Source of the DNA: Carpediemonas membranifera BICM
Taxonomy: Eukaryota; Protista; Fornicata
Length of the DNA stretch: 64,000 bases
Reading direction: 5' to 3'
Assembly (NCBI GenBank): GCA_019828565.1
Contig: JAHDYR010000069.1
Coordinates: 663,794 to 727,793 of the forward strand
Shown here in pieces: positions 18,936 to 28,692 of this stretch. Each line of letters starts with the position of its first letter. Positions within the stretch are counted from its first letter, which is position 1. A program made the position numbers and the translations under genes. Below the pieces are notes generated by a model. The model did no database searches. It was not told the DNA's origin and saw only the letters and a list, made by a program, of their open reading frames with translations.

Positions 18936-21449
18936 CTACCCCTGTTCCTGGGGGGCCTTGACGTTGACTATGACCTTCTCATAGTCCCTGAGGCTCTCTG
19001 CTAGGTCGTCGCAGCCCCAGACTCCTTGATGAGCCGTAGCCTCCTTCGAGGGCCACCACTCGTATAGCATGGCCATGGTTATGATGTCCTCCTCCCTTGC
19101 TGCCCCTAGGCCCTTCCTGACGCGTACCATGCGGAGCTGGTTAGCCGTGGCTCTTTCCATGATGGTCCATAGCGGGCTTCTCTCCAGTACACCTTCGTTG
19201 TCCATGATTGTGAGGGGGGCCAGTAAGATGCCCTTCATGCCCAACAGAACCTCCCCGAACCCGAAGCCGATGCCGAAGCGGTGTCCGTTGTCCGGGACTA
19301 CGAGGATCCTGTCGCCGACTTCCCTGCTGACGTCCCTTGCGTCCCCGATCGGGTACGTGCCGAAGATCTCAAAGGTGTCCCTCCTTGTCGCGAATTCCGG
19401 GCCTCCCATGATATCCATGCCCGGCTCCGCCTTCCCGACTGCTTCCATGGTCTTGTCGAGTGCCTTACCCATGTAGTGGTAGACGTCTGGGGTGCTCATC
19501 CTCTCCTTGCATAGGGCCCTGATCCTGGCTGTGAAGACTACTGTATCCGCCAACCCACAGTGGTAGCAACCCGCGGTGTGTCTGTGGTACGGACAGACTC
19601 CCTTGGGCTCGCTCCTGTTCTGCCATCCATTTGACCATGTTGTTACTGCTTCCAGGTAGTTGGTCTTGTCGAGGTTGTCCCTGAGGTTTTGGCCAGCCTC
19701 CTCCTTGCCGTTGGTCTCCAGGATCTCTGGTAGCTTCTTCTCGTCCACCAGCCTAGCTTGGAAGAATTCCCTGGTTCCTTGCTCCAGTCCATTTGTGGGG
19801 TTCGTGAGGAGGAAGCTTTCCATCTCCACCCCCTTTGCATACATGATTATCTTCCAACCCTCCGACCTTTCGATCCTTGCCAGCTGAGCCGCCAGGCGGT
19901 TGGCCCAGTCCCTGAAAGTATGTATGTGCTTCTCATACTCGATCGGCGGCCGCCCCGTCCCGACCTCCACGAAGGTGGCCGGCGGCAGCCCCGTCACTGC
20001 CCATGCCGTGTACCTCGCTTGGTCCATGCTTGCTGCCGGTATGTCCTGGTAATACAGGCCATGCCCGTGTCCAAGAATGTCCCCAGTGCTGAGGTCAAAG
20101 AGTACGATCCCGCCCTCAACCGGGATGGCAGGGATCCCTGCCTTCTTGACGCCAGGGTCTGCGCACTCGAAGTCGATGGCTCCGATCACCAGTCGTTTCT
20201 CCTTGTCCTTTCTAGGCATCCTCGGCGGCTGGCTGCTGACCTTGTTTGAGTCGACCTCCTCATCCTGGTCGATCTTGCCTTGGTTGGCCCCGACCATGTC
20301 CTTGTTCACTTCCAGGAGGCTGTCGTCGAGGCTTCTTCTGCCGGGCATGGTGGCCTGCTGGCGTCGTTCCTCCTTGTCCTTGACATGTTGCTCCTCGTCT
20401 CCGTCGATGACCGTGCTAGCGGACGACCTGTCCAGATCGGCATGTTCGTCCCTATTGCTGCGGACCGAGGTGGCCTTGAGCACTTCCAGCCTCACCTTCC
20501 GGAACGGCGGCTCGTTGCTAAGGGGGGTCTCCTCCCCTTCGCCCAGGATATTGGTTCTGCCCTTCAGGTAGATCCCTGACTTGTTCCATGCTGCCTGCCA
20601 TATGGCCGGGGCCTCCGGTGCCTGAAGCCTGAGGATGTCCCTAGCCTCCTCCATGAAGCGGCTGATGGACCATGCTGACGTGTCGCTTAGCTCTAGGATG
20701 ACCCTGTACTTGCCGTCCTCTTGCTCGTAGGCCACTCTGGTGACCGGGCCTTGGTTTGCCGGATCCCATACCTTGTCGTAAGGCACGCCTTCTACGGCCT
20801 CGTCTCCATGAGCCCCTGATACCAGTATGAACGACCCTTCGGCCTTCTTGACGCTGTCCCTGTCTACATCCCATTCGATGGGCCCATCTTCCTTCGGCTT
20901 GAGGATCGCCGTCTCGATGTCCTTCTCAGATGGCCATCTTGCCATGCCAGTGAAGCCCGCTTTCAGCGTCTTGGGCTCCAGTGCCTGTGCCATGTCCTTT
21001 GCTTCCTCGTCTCTGGGGTTGAGCGCCTCTGTGAGCATGTAGAAAAGGTCGCGGAGGCCGTGGATGCCGCATGGGTTCCTGAGGATGATGTCCTTGTTGT
21101 CAGTGACGCCGGTTGCGAAGAGGATGCGTCTGGCGTTCATGATTACTTCCTTGCGTCCTTTGGAGTTCGCATTGAGCGACTTTCCTGTAAACTTGCCTGT
21201 TCTACGAAGAAGTAGAGTCCTTGAATCGTTCCTTTCAGCGAGGAAGCTGTCCAGTAGTTCCCTGATGTCCTCCCACTGCTTCTGCGTGGAATCCCTGATC
21301 CTTGTCGGTATTTCTACCTGCATTGTTGAGTGCAAAATTTCTCCCCTTTTCCTAGTCCATAAACTGGGTCGGAATTTTTGGGTCCGAAAGTCGGGCCACA
21401 TGTACATATCCGGGTGAGGTCTCCGTCCAGGCCTTCCAGTTTCTCCCAT
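18936..21449 (-). CDS. LINE ORF1 containing a Maelstrom-like (DEDD + ECHC) nuclease domain
   Basis: IGAIDFEC...IPVEGGIVLFDL...TGLPP...YAKG..E...VCPYH..CYHCGLADT at about 20195-19500. Confidence 0.7.
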   Translation of the reverse strand: MGETGRPGRRPHPDMYMWPDFRTQKFRPSLWTRKRGEILHSTMQVEIPTRIRDSTQKQWEDIRELLDSFLAERNDSRTLLLRRTGKFTGKSLNANSKGRKEVIMNARRILFATGVTDNKDIILRNPCGIHGLRDLFYMLTEALNPRDEEAKDMAQALEPKTLKAGFTGMARWPSEKDIETAILKPKEDGPIEWDVDRDSVKKAEGSFILVSGAHGDEAVEGVPYDKVWDPANQGPVTRVAYEQEDGKYRVILELSDTSAWSISRFMEEARDILRLQAPEAPAIWQAAWNKSGIYLKGRTNILGEGEETPLSNEPPFRKVRLEVLKATSVRSNRDEHADLDRSSASTVIDGDEEQHVKDKEERRQQATMPGRRSLDDSLLEVNKDMVGANQGKIDQDEEVDSNKVSSQPPRMPRKDKEKRLVIGAIDFECADPGVKKAGIPAIPVEGGIVLFDLSTGDILGHGHGLYYQDIPAASMDQARYTAWAVTGLPPATFVEVGTGRPPIEYEKHIHTFRDWANRLAAQLARIERSEGWKIIMYAKGVEMESFLLTNPTNGLEQGTREFFQARLVDEKKLPEILETNGKEEAGQNLRDNLDKTNYLEAVTTWSNGWQNRSEPKGVCPYHRHTAGCYHCGLADTVVFTARIRALCKERMSTPDVYHYMGKALDKTMEAVGKAEPGMDIMGGPEFATRRDTFEIFGTYPIGDARDVSREVGDRILVVPDNGHRFGIGFGFGEVLLGMKGILLAPLTIMDNEGVLERSPLWTIMERATANQLRMVRVRKGLGAAREEDIITMAMLYEWWPSKEATAHQGVWGCDDLAESLRDYEKVIVNVKAPQEQG

Positions 21450-21924
21450 TGTCCATGCTCCGTACTATATAGGCCATTCTTTCCAAAAAGGCGCGGTCCT
21501 AAAAATGCGTCGCCCTTTTCTGAGTAGCGGGGCCTTTCTGTGTAGTTGTTGTTGCTTTGTTCGTAGTCTCCTTTTAGCCTCTATCGACGGCCCCTGTTTC
21601 CCTTTTGTGCTGCCCTTCCTTCCTTGTGGTCTTGACAAAACCATGTAGCCGCCGGTGCTAGCACTGGCCCTCGACGGTTGTTTTCCTTTTCCTTGTAAAC
21701 ATACGTTCCATGAAGACACTTTGATTCCTTGGTATGGGCGTGGAGCTCCCACTCGCGCCCAGCGGTATGCCCTGATAGCAACCCTTGAATGTTCAGACAG
21801 GAGGCCAAGGCCGCTCCTTCTGAGCTCCATGGGGCACTGCCCTATCCATATAGGCCAGGCCTGTTGGTCCTTGTCCATCCATGATCGAAGTGTTTCCACT
21901 TTGCTGAAATCATTGGTGGACTGA

Positions 21925-23866
21925 CCCCCGGCTGTGAGGACGAGGTCTCTGTGGCGATCGGGATCCAGTAGGCTATGAACGTCGCTCTCTGCTTGCATGT
22001 GAAGAGGCTCCCTATCTCCGTGTGGGCCCACCAGCTGGTCGGGAACGCTGCCTCGAACCAGTCCTGTGCTATGGCTGCCAGTCTGGCGTTGGAGTTCGTC
22101 CTGCGTTGTGGTGCGATGACTAATAGGCCTCTCTGCTGCAGTGCGGGGTGCGTCTCGTCTGACGTGGCGATCTCCTCCGCCCTGGCGATGACCTTGTCCA
22201 GTAGGCTGACTGGTGGGACCGCCAATGACCTCATCTCTGACCAATTGCATGTAAATGCGTCCGTCTGGAAGTCGTGGTCCTCCGGCAGGAATCTCTCCGC
22301 GCAGAAGAGTGATCGGTCTACTGACCCCCATCGTTCCAGCGCGCTCTGGAGCATCGCCGCGGGTGAGTTCCAGTCCAGCTTCCGGTACCTGGACAGCCCG
22401 TCGGCAGTCGTGTTGTATCTCCCTGGAATGTGCTTGGTTCTTATCCTGCAGCCAATCTCGAACAAGTAGTCGTGAAGCTTCACAATCGTCCTTCTGATGT
22501 GTCGGGGGGCTCTGGTGCTTGACTTCAGGACCCATGAAAGCGCTGATGTGTTGTCCCCGGCTAGGAGTAGGTCCCTCTCCTGAATGTCGCTCGTCCATCT
22601 CCGCAGGCCTTCCTCCATTGCCCATAGCTCCTTCGCGTTGATGCTCTTGGAGCATTGTGCCTCTGAGAACCTGCCCTGGATGTTGAGGGACGTGTCTTCG
22701 ACAAACAGCGTCGCGCCGAACGCATAGTCCGACGCGTCGGTCTCCATACGAAGTACCTGGCCTCTTGGGCCGAAGTACCATGCCGGATCGGATGATAGCT
22801 GTCTGGCCCACCACCGCAGGTCCGTTCGTAGGTCCTGGGGCAGGCTGGACTTTGGGTACCGCACTCGGTCGTCGCAGCCAGCGATCCTGACCTGCAGCTC
22901 TCTGAGCCGGACAAGTGCCCGCGTCCCTAGTGCGAACCGGCAGAAGAGTAGCTTTCCGTGAAGGGTCTGAAGGTCCCGCTTTGTGTGTCTCTTGAGTTGC
23001 AGGTTGGCTATGAGACTGCTGTACTGAGCCCTCTTCTCCTCTGGCAGCGACATCGTCATCTCGCGCAAGTCGACTATCACGCCCAAGTAAGTTACCCTCT
23101 GGGACGGGGTCAAGTGGCACTTCTCTCTCGATAGGACGACTCCAAGTGAGTCCAAGATCTCTAAGATCCGTGGGACCTGGGCGCTCAACGACTCTCTCGA
23201 GCGACTGATTATGAGCAGATCGTCCAGATACACGTATATTATCAGTCCTTCGAGAATTGAGCGCAAGATCTTCGCCATCTGTGACGTAACCGACTGAAAC
23301 TGCCGTGGCGCCGTTGAGAGGCCGAAAGGGAGTCCTCTCCATCTGTATTGTTCTCCCTCGAACGAGAATCCGAGTTCCTGTCGTGAGTTCTCCTCCACTA
23401 GGAGCTGGTAGTACCCGGACTTCATGTCCAATGTTATTCCCCACGAGTTTCTCGGAACGCCATGCTGTATCTCTGCTAGGCCCTTCAGCCTGAATGTTAG
23501 GTCCTCTTGGTATGCATTGACCGGTCTCAGGTCGTGTATCAGACGGTAGCTGCCTGCGATCTTCTTCTCTAATGTAAACAGGGGGCATATTGTCGTCGCC
23601 TCGCCCTTCTCTATTGCTTTCTGTTGCAGTAGCTCCTCTAGTAGAGCCTTCATCGTGTCTGTCTCCTTCTGGAGGTGCGCATTGAGCGCCGGTGCTGCCG
23701 GGGTGACCTTCACTCCCTCTCGTAACAGTTGCACCACCTCCCTGCTGGCCCCGAGGGCCTCCCACCTCATCCACCGACGGCTCATCGAGCCCGTCAGCCC
23801 CTGTATACACTGGGTGGAGGTGTCTTGCTGATCTTCTTGTGCTTCTTCTCTTTCCATTGCAAACAA
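21925..23866 (-). pseudogene. RT-RNase H-MT (copy 4), C-terminus interrupted
   Basis: Differs from copy 3 at only a few residues up to SSSQPG, then runs into the insert. Confidence 0.9.
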
Positions 23867-23929
23867 ACTCTTCGAAGTATATCGAGCCTTTTATAGTCAT
23901 CGGGTTCAGGCTTAACCCTTCTCTGGCCT

Positions 23930-24469
23930 CTACTGGGCCCGCCCCGGTCCGAGGTCGGTTGCCGGGGCACGACGGTTGTTGTTGTTGAAGCGGGGAGAGT
24001 TGCGGCTGAAGCCGCCGAAGCCTCTCTGGAACCGCTTGGGTCGAGGAGGCGGTGGGGTGGCCTTGGCCGCCTTGGCGGCCAGCACTACGAAGCGTTGCGC
24101 GTCTCGTTCTTCTCTCGAAATAGCCATGAAGTAGCGCGCAGCGGTGTCGGAGTGGCTGTCATATAACCGTAGGAACTCGAGTCTGCGCTCGAAGACCGCC
24201 TCGATCGCGGCTTCGATCTGGTTGACGCGCGTCATCTCCGGGTTGTTGAGGATACCTCTGATGTCGGCAAGTGTCTCGCGGAGGTGGTCGTACTCCTTAG
24301 CAACGGCTCCTATCCGAGACGGGCGTCTCGGGTCCCGTGTACTGTCCTTAACCGATGAAACCTCCGAACGGAGTGCCGTAATGACGTTCTGCTGCTGTTG
24401 TATGAGCTCAGCAAGGCTCTCCATGGTGACAGGCGGCGGATCAGCGTTATCCGTGTCGCCTTCGGCCAT
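23930..24469 (-). CDS. ORF1/Gag-like protein (copy 4)
   Basis: Protein identical to 13730-14269. Confidence 0.8.
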   Translation of the reverse strand: MAEGDTDNADPPPVTMESLAELIQQQQNVITALRSEVSSVKDSTRDPRRPSRIGAVAKEYDHLRETLADIRGILNNPEMTRVNQIEAAIEAVFERRLEFLRLYDSHSDTAARYFMAISREERDAQRFVVLAAKAAKATPPPPRPKRFQRGFGGFSRNSPRFNNNNRRAPATDLGPGRAQ

Positions 24470-24674
24470 CCTCACGGTTTCTGCTGGAGGGATACGATCT
24501 GCTCGCGATCGGGACGGATCAAGACCGTATCCACAATCATATCTTTCGAGATTTTCTAAATATTTTGGCCATCTTTCTCGTGTCCCCGGAATCCTGTTCT
24601 GACACACCCTGACCCAGCAGTGTCAGGGCGTGAGCCACGCCCGAGGCGTGATAGCTTACATATCGATGATATGC

Positions 24675-27600
24675 AGGGCGTGTAGCTCATGAAGTTTGCC
24701 AAAAGCGCAATCCAGGACGCTTTAGCTTCCGGAGGCGTTGTAAGCACCCTTCAAGAGCCGTCAGACGCGATTTTCGCGTTCCTCCGTGCGACTTTGCTTC
24801 GATATGTGCCGCCGTCGCTAATGCGGGAACATGCGTCGACAAGACAGCGTTTCAAACGAGCATTGTGCTCGAAGAACGTTATCTCGATGCTATTTACTGC
24901 TGATGCCAGCGCTAAGAGCAAGCGTTTCAACGTCGCCGTCGCGAACGAAATCGTGTACTTCCTGTCGCCGCTATTCAACGCTCATCCTGTCCTGTTCGAC
25001 AAAAAGGACTCCATTGACCGGATATCCGCTGGTCTGGAGCGCATCTGCCTTCACGTTGAACAGATGAAGCTTTCTCCGACATCTCTTCGTCTCCTTATTC
25101 TCAAGCTCGACACGCGAGTGCTGCTGGACTCCTCTGGCACACAGAGCGTTCTTCATGAGAGTAAAAGAGACGATTTGATCGACGAGTTGCTTTCCATGGG
25201 GTGCCCAATCAACACAATGGGCCTCCTGCCGTCGGATAGTCCGACTGATGCCAGCGGAACTCAGGCCGAACCGGTTAGTGTGCCCCAGGAGGCATCGTTG
25301 GCCGTGCCGGACTCCCCGCCGTCCGTTCCCGCCGAGTTGGCCGGGCCGGAGAATGCCTCGCCCAGCCCGTCTCAGACGAGGCCAGCCGCAGTGATTGTGC
25401 GCTCTCCGGAGCCACCACGTGCAGGCGGCCAGACATCTGAGGCGGGTGGTGCCGTTGCCCTGGTCGACAGAGTTGTAGGTGTTGAGTCACCTTACGGCAC
25501 CGGGGGCGAGGCCTCTAGTCAGGATACCTCGGCACCCACGCAACCGAGCTCGAGCTCGGACAGCAGCCCTGCTGCTGTCATCAGGAGCCACCTTTGACGA
25601 GTGGGTCCCCGACGCCATGCGCGCCGACCACTGGACCACTCCAGAGCAGGTGACGGCCACCCTGTGCGACCCAGCCCTCGTCCGGGCCCTTATGGACGAG
25701 TCCAACCGTGGGTCGGCCACGGGTCGATTCAGCCAGAGTCGGCTCCGGCAGCTCTGTGAGGCATTGAGGGGCTTTGTCCCCGAGACCGTCAGGTCGACAC
25801 TGCCAGTCCTGCCCAACGGCGGTAGGATCTTCACCAAGCTGCCCCCGGTGGTTGCCAAGATCGCCCAGGCCTGCTTCGGGTCAGTCCCGCAGCCGGCGCC
25901 CCGGGTGACCTGGGTACCTGATGGGGCCGCACGCCAGCGCAGTGTCCCCGAGCCGTTCTTGCCAGCTCACAGCGCCATGTTTGTGGGGAAGTTGCTCCCC
26001 ACGAAGAGGGCCAGACTGGCATGGGCGAAGAGCTTTGTCGCGCTGCTCAATGAGTACGCCGCAGCCCCGGCCCACGGGAAGCCCGACGTTGTCCGCCGCA
26101 TCTTGACCTTCGCGCAGGGTCTCTATGCTCCTCCGGAGCGGACCACCGAGCAGCCCCGGCTGAAAGCCAGTGCGCGCGCACTCAGGTTGGGACAACGAGG
26201 CTTCTATTCTCGCGCCACGCAAGCTCTCTCCGCCGGAGAGTTCGCTGGGGATCGCGCGTGGGTGGAGGCCAGGCTCTGTGAGAGCCAGGTGCAGCCGTCT
26301 GGTAGTCGGCTGGCAGCAGTGTCGGGTCCCGCGTCCACACTGAACCACTGCCAAATGACTGTCCCTGCGGTGAAGAAGGCACTTAAGAGCCTCAACGCCG
26401 AGTCCGCACCGGGTCCTTCAGGCCTATCTTACCTTCATCTGAAGGCGATGGGCCGGGCCATCGGGTGGAATGAACTCGCCGCGGCTCTTGTGCCCCTGCT
26501 CGAGGATATGCTCGAGGGCGTCGCCTGCCTGGAGCCATTTTCCCACTGCATCCTTGTGCCGATCCCGAAGAAGGATGGCAAGCCGCGCCCCGTCTCAATA
26601 GGCGACAGCCTTCGTCGTCTCGCAGCGAAGGTGGCAGTTCGTCAGGCTGCTGCCCGGCTGCGGGACGACAAGGCGTTGCCGGGTCAGTATGGCCTCGGCG
26701 AGAAGTGCGGGCTCGAGGAGCTAACCAATCTTGTGAGGGAGCATCATCGTGGCGGCGGTCAGGTGATCGCTTTGGATCTTACCAACGCATATGGATGCAT
26801 GAGTAGATCTCACCTTCGCGATGCGACAGCTGCATACTGCCCGTCGCTTTCCGAGTACCTCGAACTGATGTTGCTTAATCCAATGCTGTTCTCAGCAACC
26901 GGGATGGTCCTCAGATCACTCGAAGGAATTCCGCAACGGGATCCTACGAGCCCGCTGCTGTTCAGTTGCGGCATGAAGCCCCTTTTGGACGATCTTCGGA
27001 CCGAGTTTCCAAACTACGCATTTTATGCCTATCAGGATGATGTCTACTGCCTGGTGCCCAAGGACGCTACAGAGAGTGAGACGAACACGGTCATCATGAC
27101 CGCGACGTCCAATTTCGCCAGAGTCGGGTTGAAGGTCAACGAGAAGAAGACTGTCATCGCCGGGCTGGGCCTAGTGGCCAGTGAATCCTCGCTTGCGCCG
27201 CGCGGCGAGGCTTTCAAGGTCCTGGGCACGCCGGTGGGGCCGGCTGCGTACGTCAAGGAGCAGGTCTGCAGGCAGTTCGAAGGCGTCAGCGAGCAGGCTG
27301 GACGCGTGAGCGACATGGTGGCAGACGTAGGGCCCACGTCTATCATCGTCGCTAACAACATGACGCGTGCGTGCCTGCTGCCCAAACTGTCGCACCTCTA
27401 CCGCAATGTGTGCCCGACGTCCGACCTCGTCGGCGTTGGGCGTCGCTTTGAGGAGGAGACGCTCGTTCCATTGCTCTCCAACCTCGTTGGTGCCGATGCA
27501 GTGATTGGTACGCTCGAAAGAGCGGGCCTTAGCATCACGCAGGGAGGTCTTGGATGGGGAATTCCGTCCATCGTGTGGCCGGCGGCATATCTCGGTGCCG

Positions 27601-28692
27601 TGAAGCAGCTCTTTGACCAAAACATCTCACTGAACGTGCCCAATGAGGCATTTCAGGCGGTTGGTGCTGCTGGTGGTCCGCAGGACGTGGATGCCCTGAA
27701 GAAGTGGAAGACTTCGACTCCGCAGTTTGAACTGACGACGAAAGTGCGGGAGTTCAAGCAGAAGGAGCTTACGGCGAAGAGATCGTTTATTTCTGAGCCT
27801 TATGTGCGTGCAGTGTCCACATTGACGCCGTTCGATCCCGTTCTTTCGGGTTCCGATTTGGCAACTGCAATTCTCCGCCTACACCTGTCTCTTGACCCCT
27901 ACGTGATAGACAAAGCCAAACCATGCCCCCTGTGCGGCAGATCTGTTGCGGATTGGTCTCATGGACTCTCTTGTGTTCGCCTCAAGGGCGGTGCCCGGAT
28001 CGAGCGTCATAACGGCGTCAGAGACGCCATCTACGACGTTTGCTCGGAGCAGTTCGTCCCCAAACGGCGCGAGGTTCCGCTGGATCACACCAGTATGGCC
28101 TACATGCCCAACGGGACGGGCCCGACGGAGGTGAAGGCCGATCTGCTCATGCTAGCGGCAACGTCAGCTGATGGAACGCCCCTCCACGGCGATATGATCG
28201 TCGATGTGGTCGTCTCACAGTCGATCAAGGATGGGATCCGTGACAAGGCCGCTCAGTTCTCGAGGTTCGACTGCGAGCTCATCGCGGCCAGCTGTGACCT
28301 CGTTGGCAACACGAGAGCTGACCCCGAGGACCGCAAGTCGTGCTGGGTGTGGCGTCTGTGCGAGAGGCTCGGTCTGAGCGCGGAGGTCCGTCGGGACCTG
28401 CGCAGTCGGGTCGTCTTGGCTGTGTGGGCTGGGAACGCGGCGGTCATCCGTGACTACCGCGAGCAGTGCCGCGTGGCACAGCTCTAACTGTGGTGTGCCC
28501 TTCGCGTGTGAGAGAGGCGTCGTAGTCGAGCCAGTCGAGACATCCGAGATTTTTGCACATGTGCAAATTTCGATTTCCCGAAAGCGACCCCGCCGAGGCT
28601 TACGACTCCGACTACATAACCCACGAGCTCTACTAGGGACCCCCACCTGCTGACCCTCTGCGCGCGGTAAGAACGTTCTTTCAGATGATTAA
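24675..28692 (+). mobile_element. RLE-type (CRE/R2-like) non-LTR retrotransposon, tandem unit 1
   Basis: Single long ORF: SAPGPSG, RPVSIG, LDLTNAY, GIPQ(R)DP, YQDD, CPLC..H..C, RHN, KADL..IVDV. Confidence 0.9.
24689..28487 (+). pseudogene. RT-zinc knuckle-restriction-like endonuclease ORF, with +1 frameshift (~25586) and QGDP>QRDP
   Basis: Comparison with unit 2: atcaggagcc vs atcagggcc; caacgggat vs caaggggat. Confidence 0.85.

Larger units (their letters stand above)
15874..21924 (-). mobile_element. APE-type non-LTR (LINE-like) element with no recognisable RT
   Basis: 14-bp TSD cccccggctgtgag at 15860-15873 and 21925-21938 (single copy in the uninterrupted copy 3 near 11725); (TTTC)n 3' tail; APE ORF. 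Confidence 0.9.
14476..24674 (-). mobile_element. PAT-like YR retrotransposon, copy 4 (family III), interrupted by a LINE-like insert
   Basis: Near-identical to copy 3: A1 24449-24674, gag 23930-24469, RT 21925-23866, YR 14719-15873, B1 14476-14515. It shares the A repeat at 14249-14475 with copy 3. Confidence 0.93.

Noticed and set aside
2362-24674. Calling the YR elements Ngaro or phage integrases
   Set aside because: RT-RNase H linkage excludes phage; the MT-like domain favours PAT-like over Ngaro, pending phylogeny.
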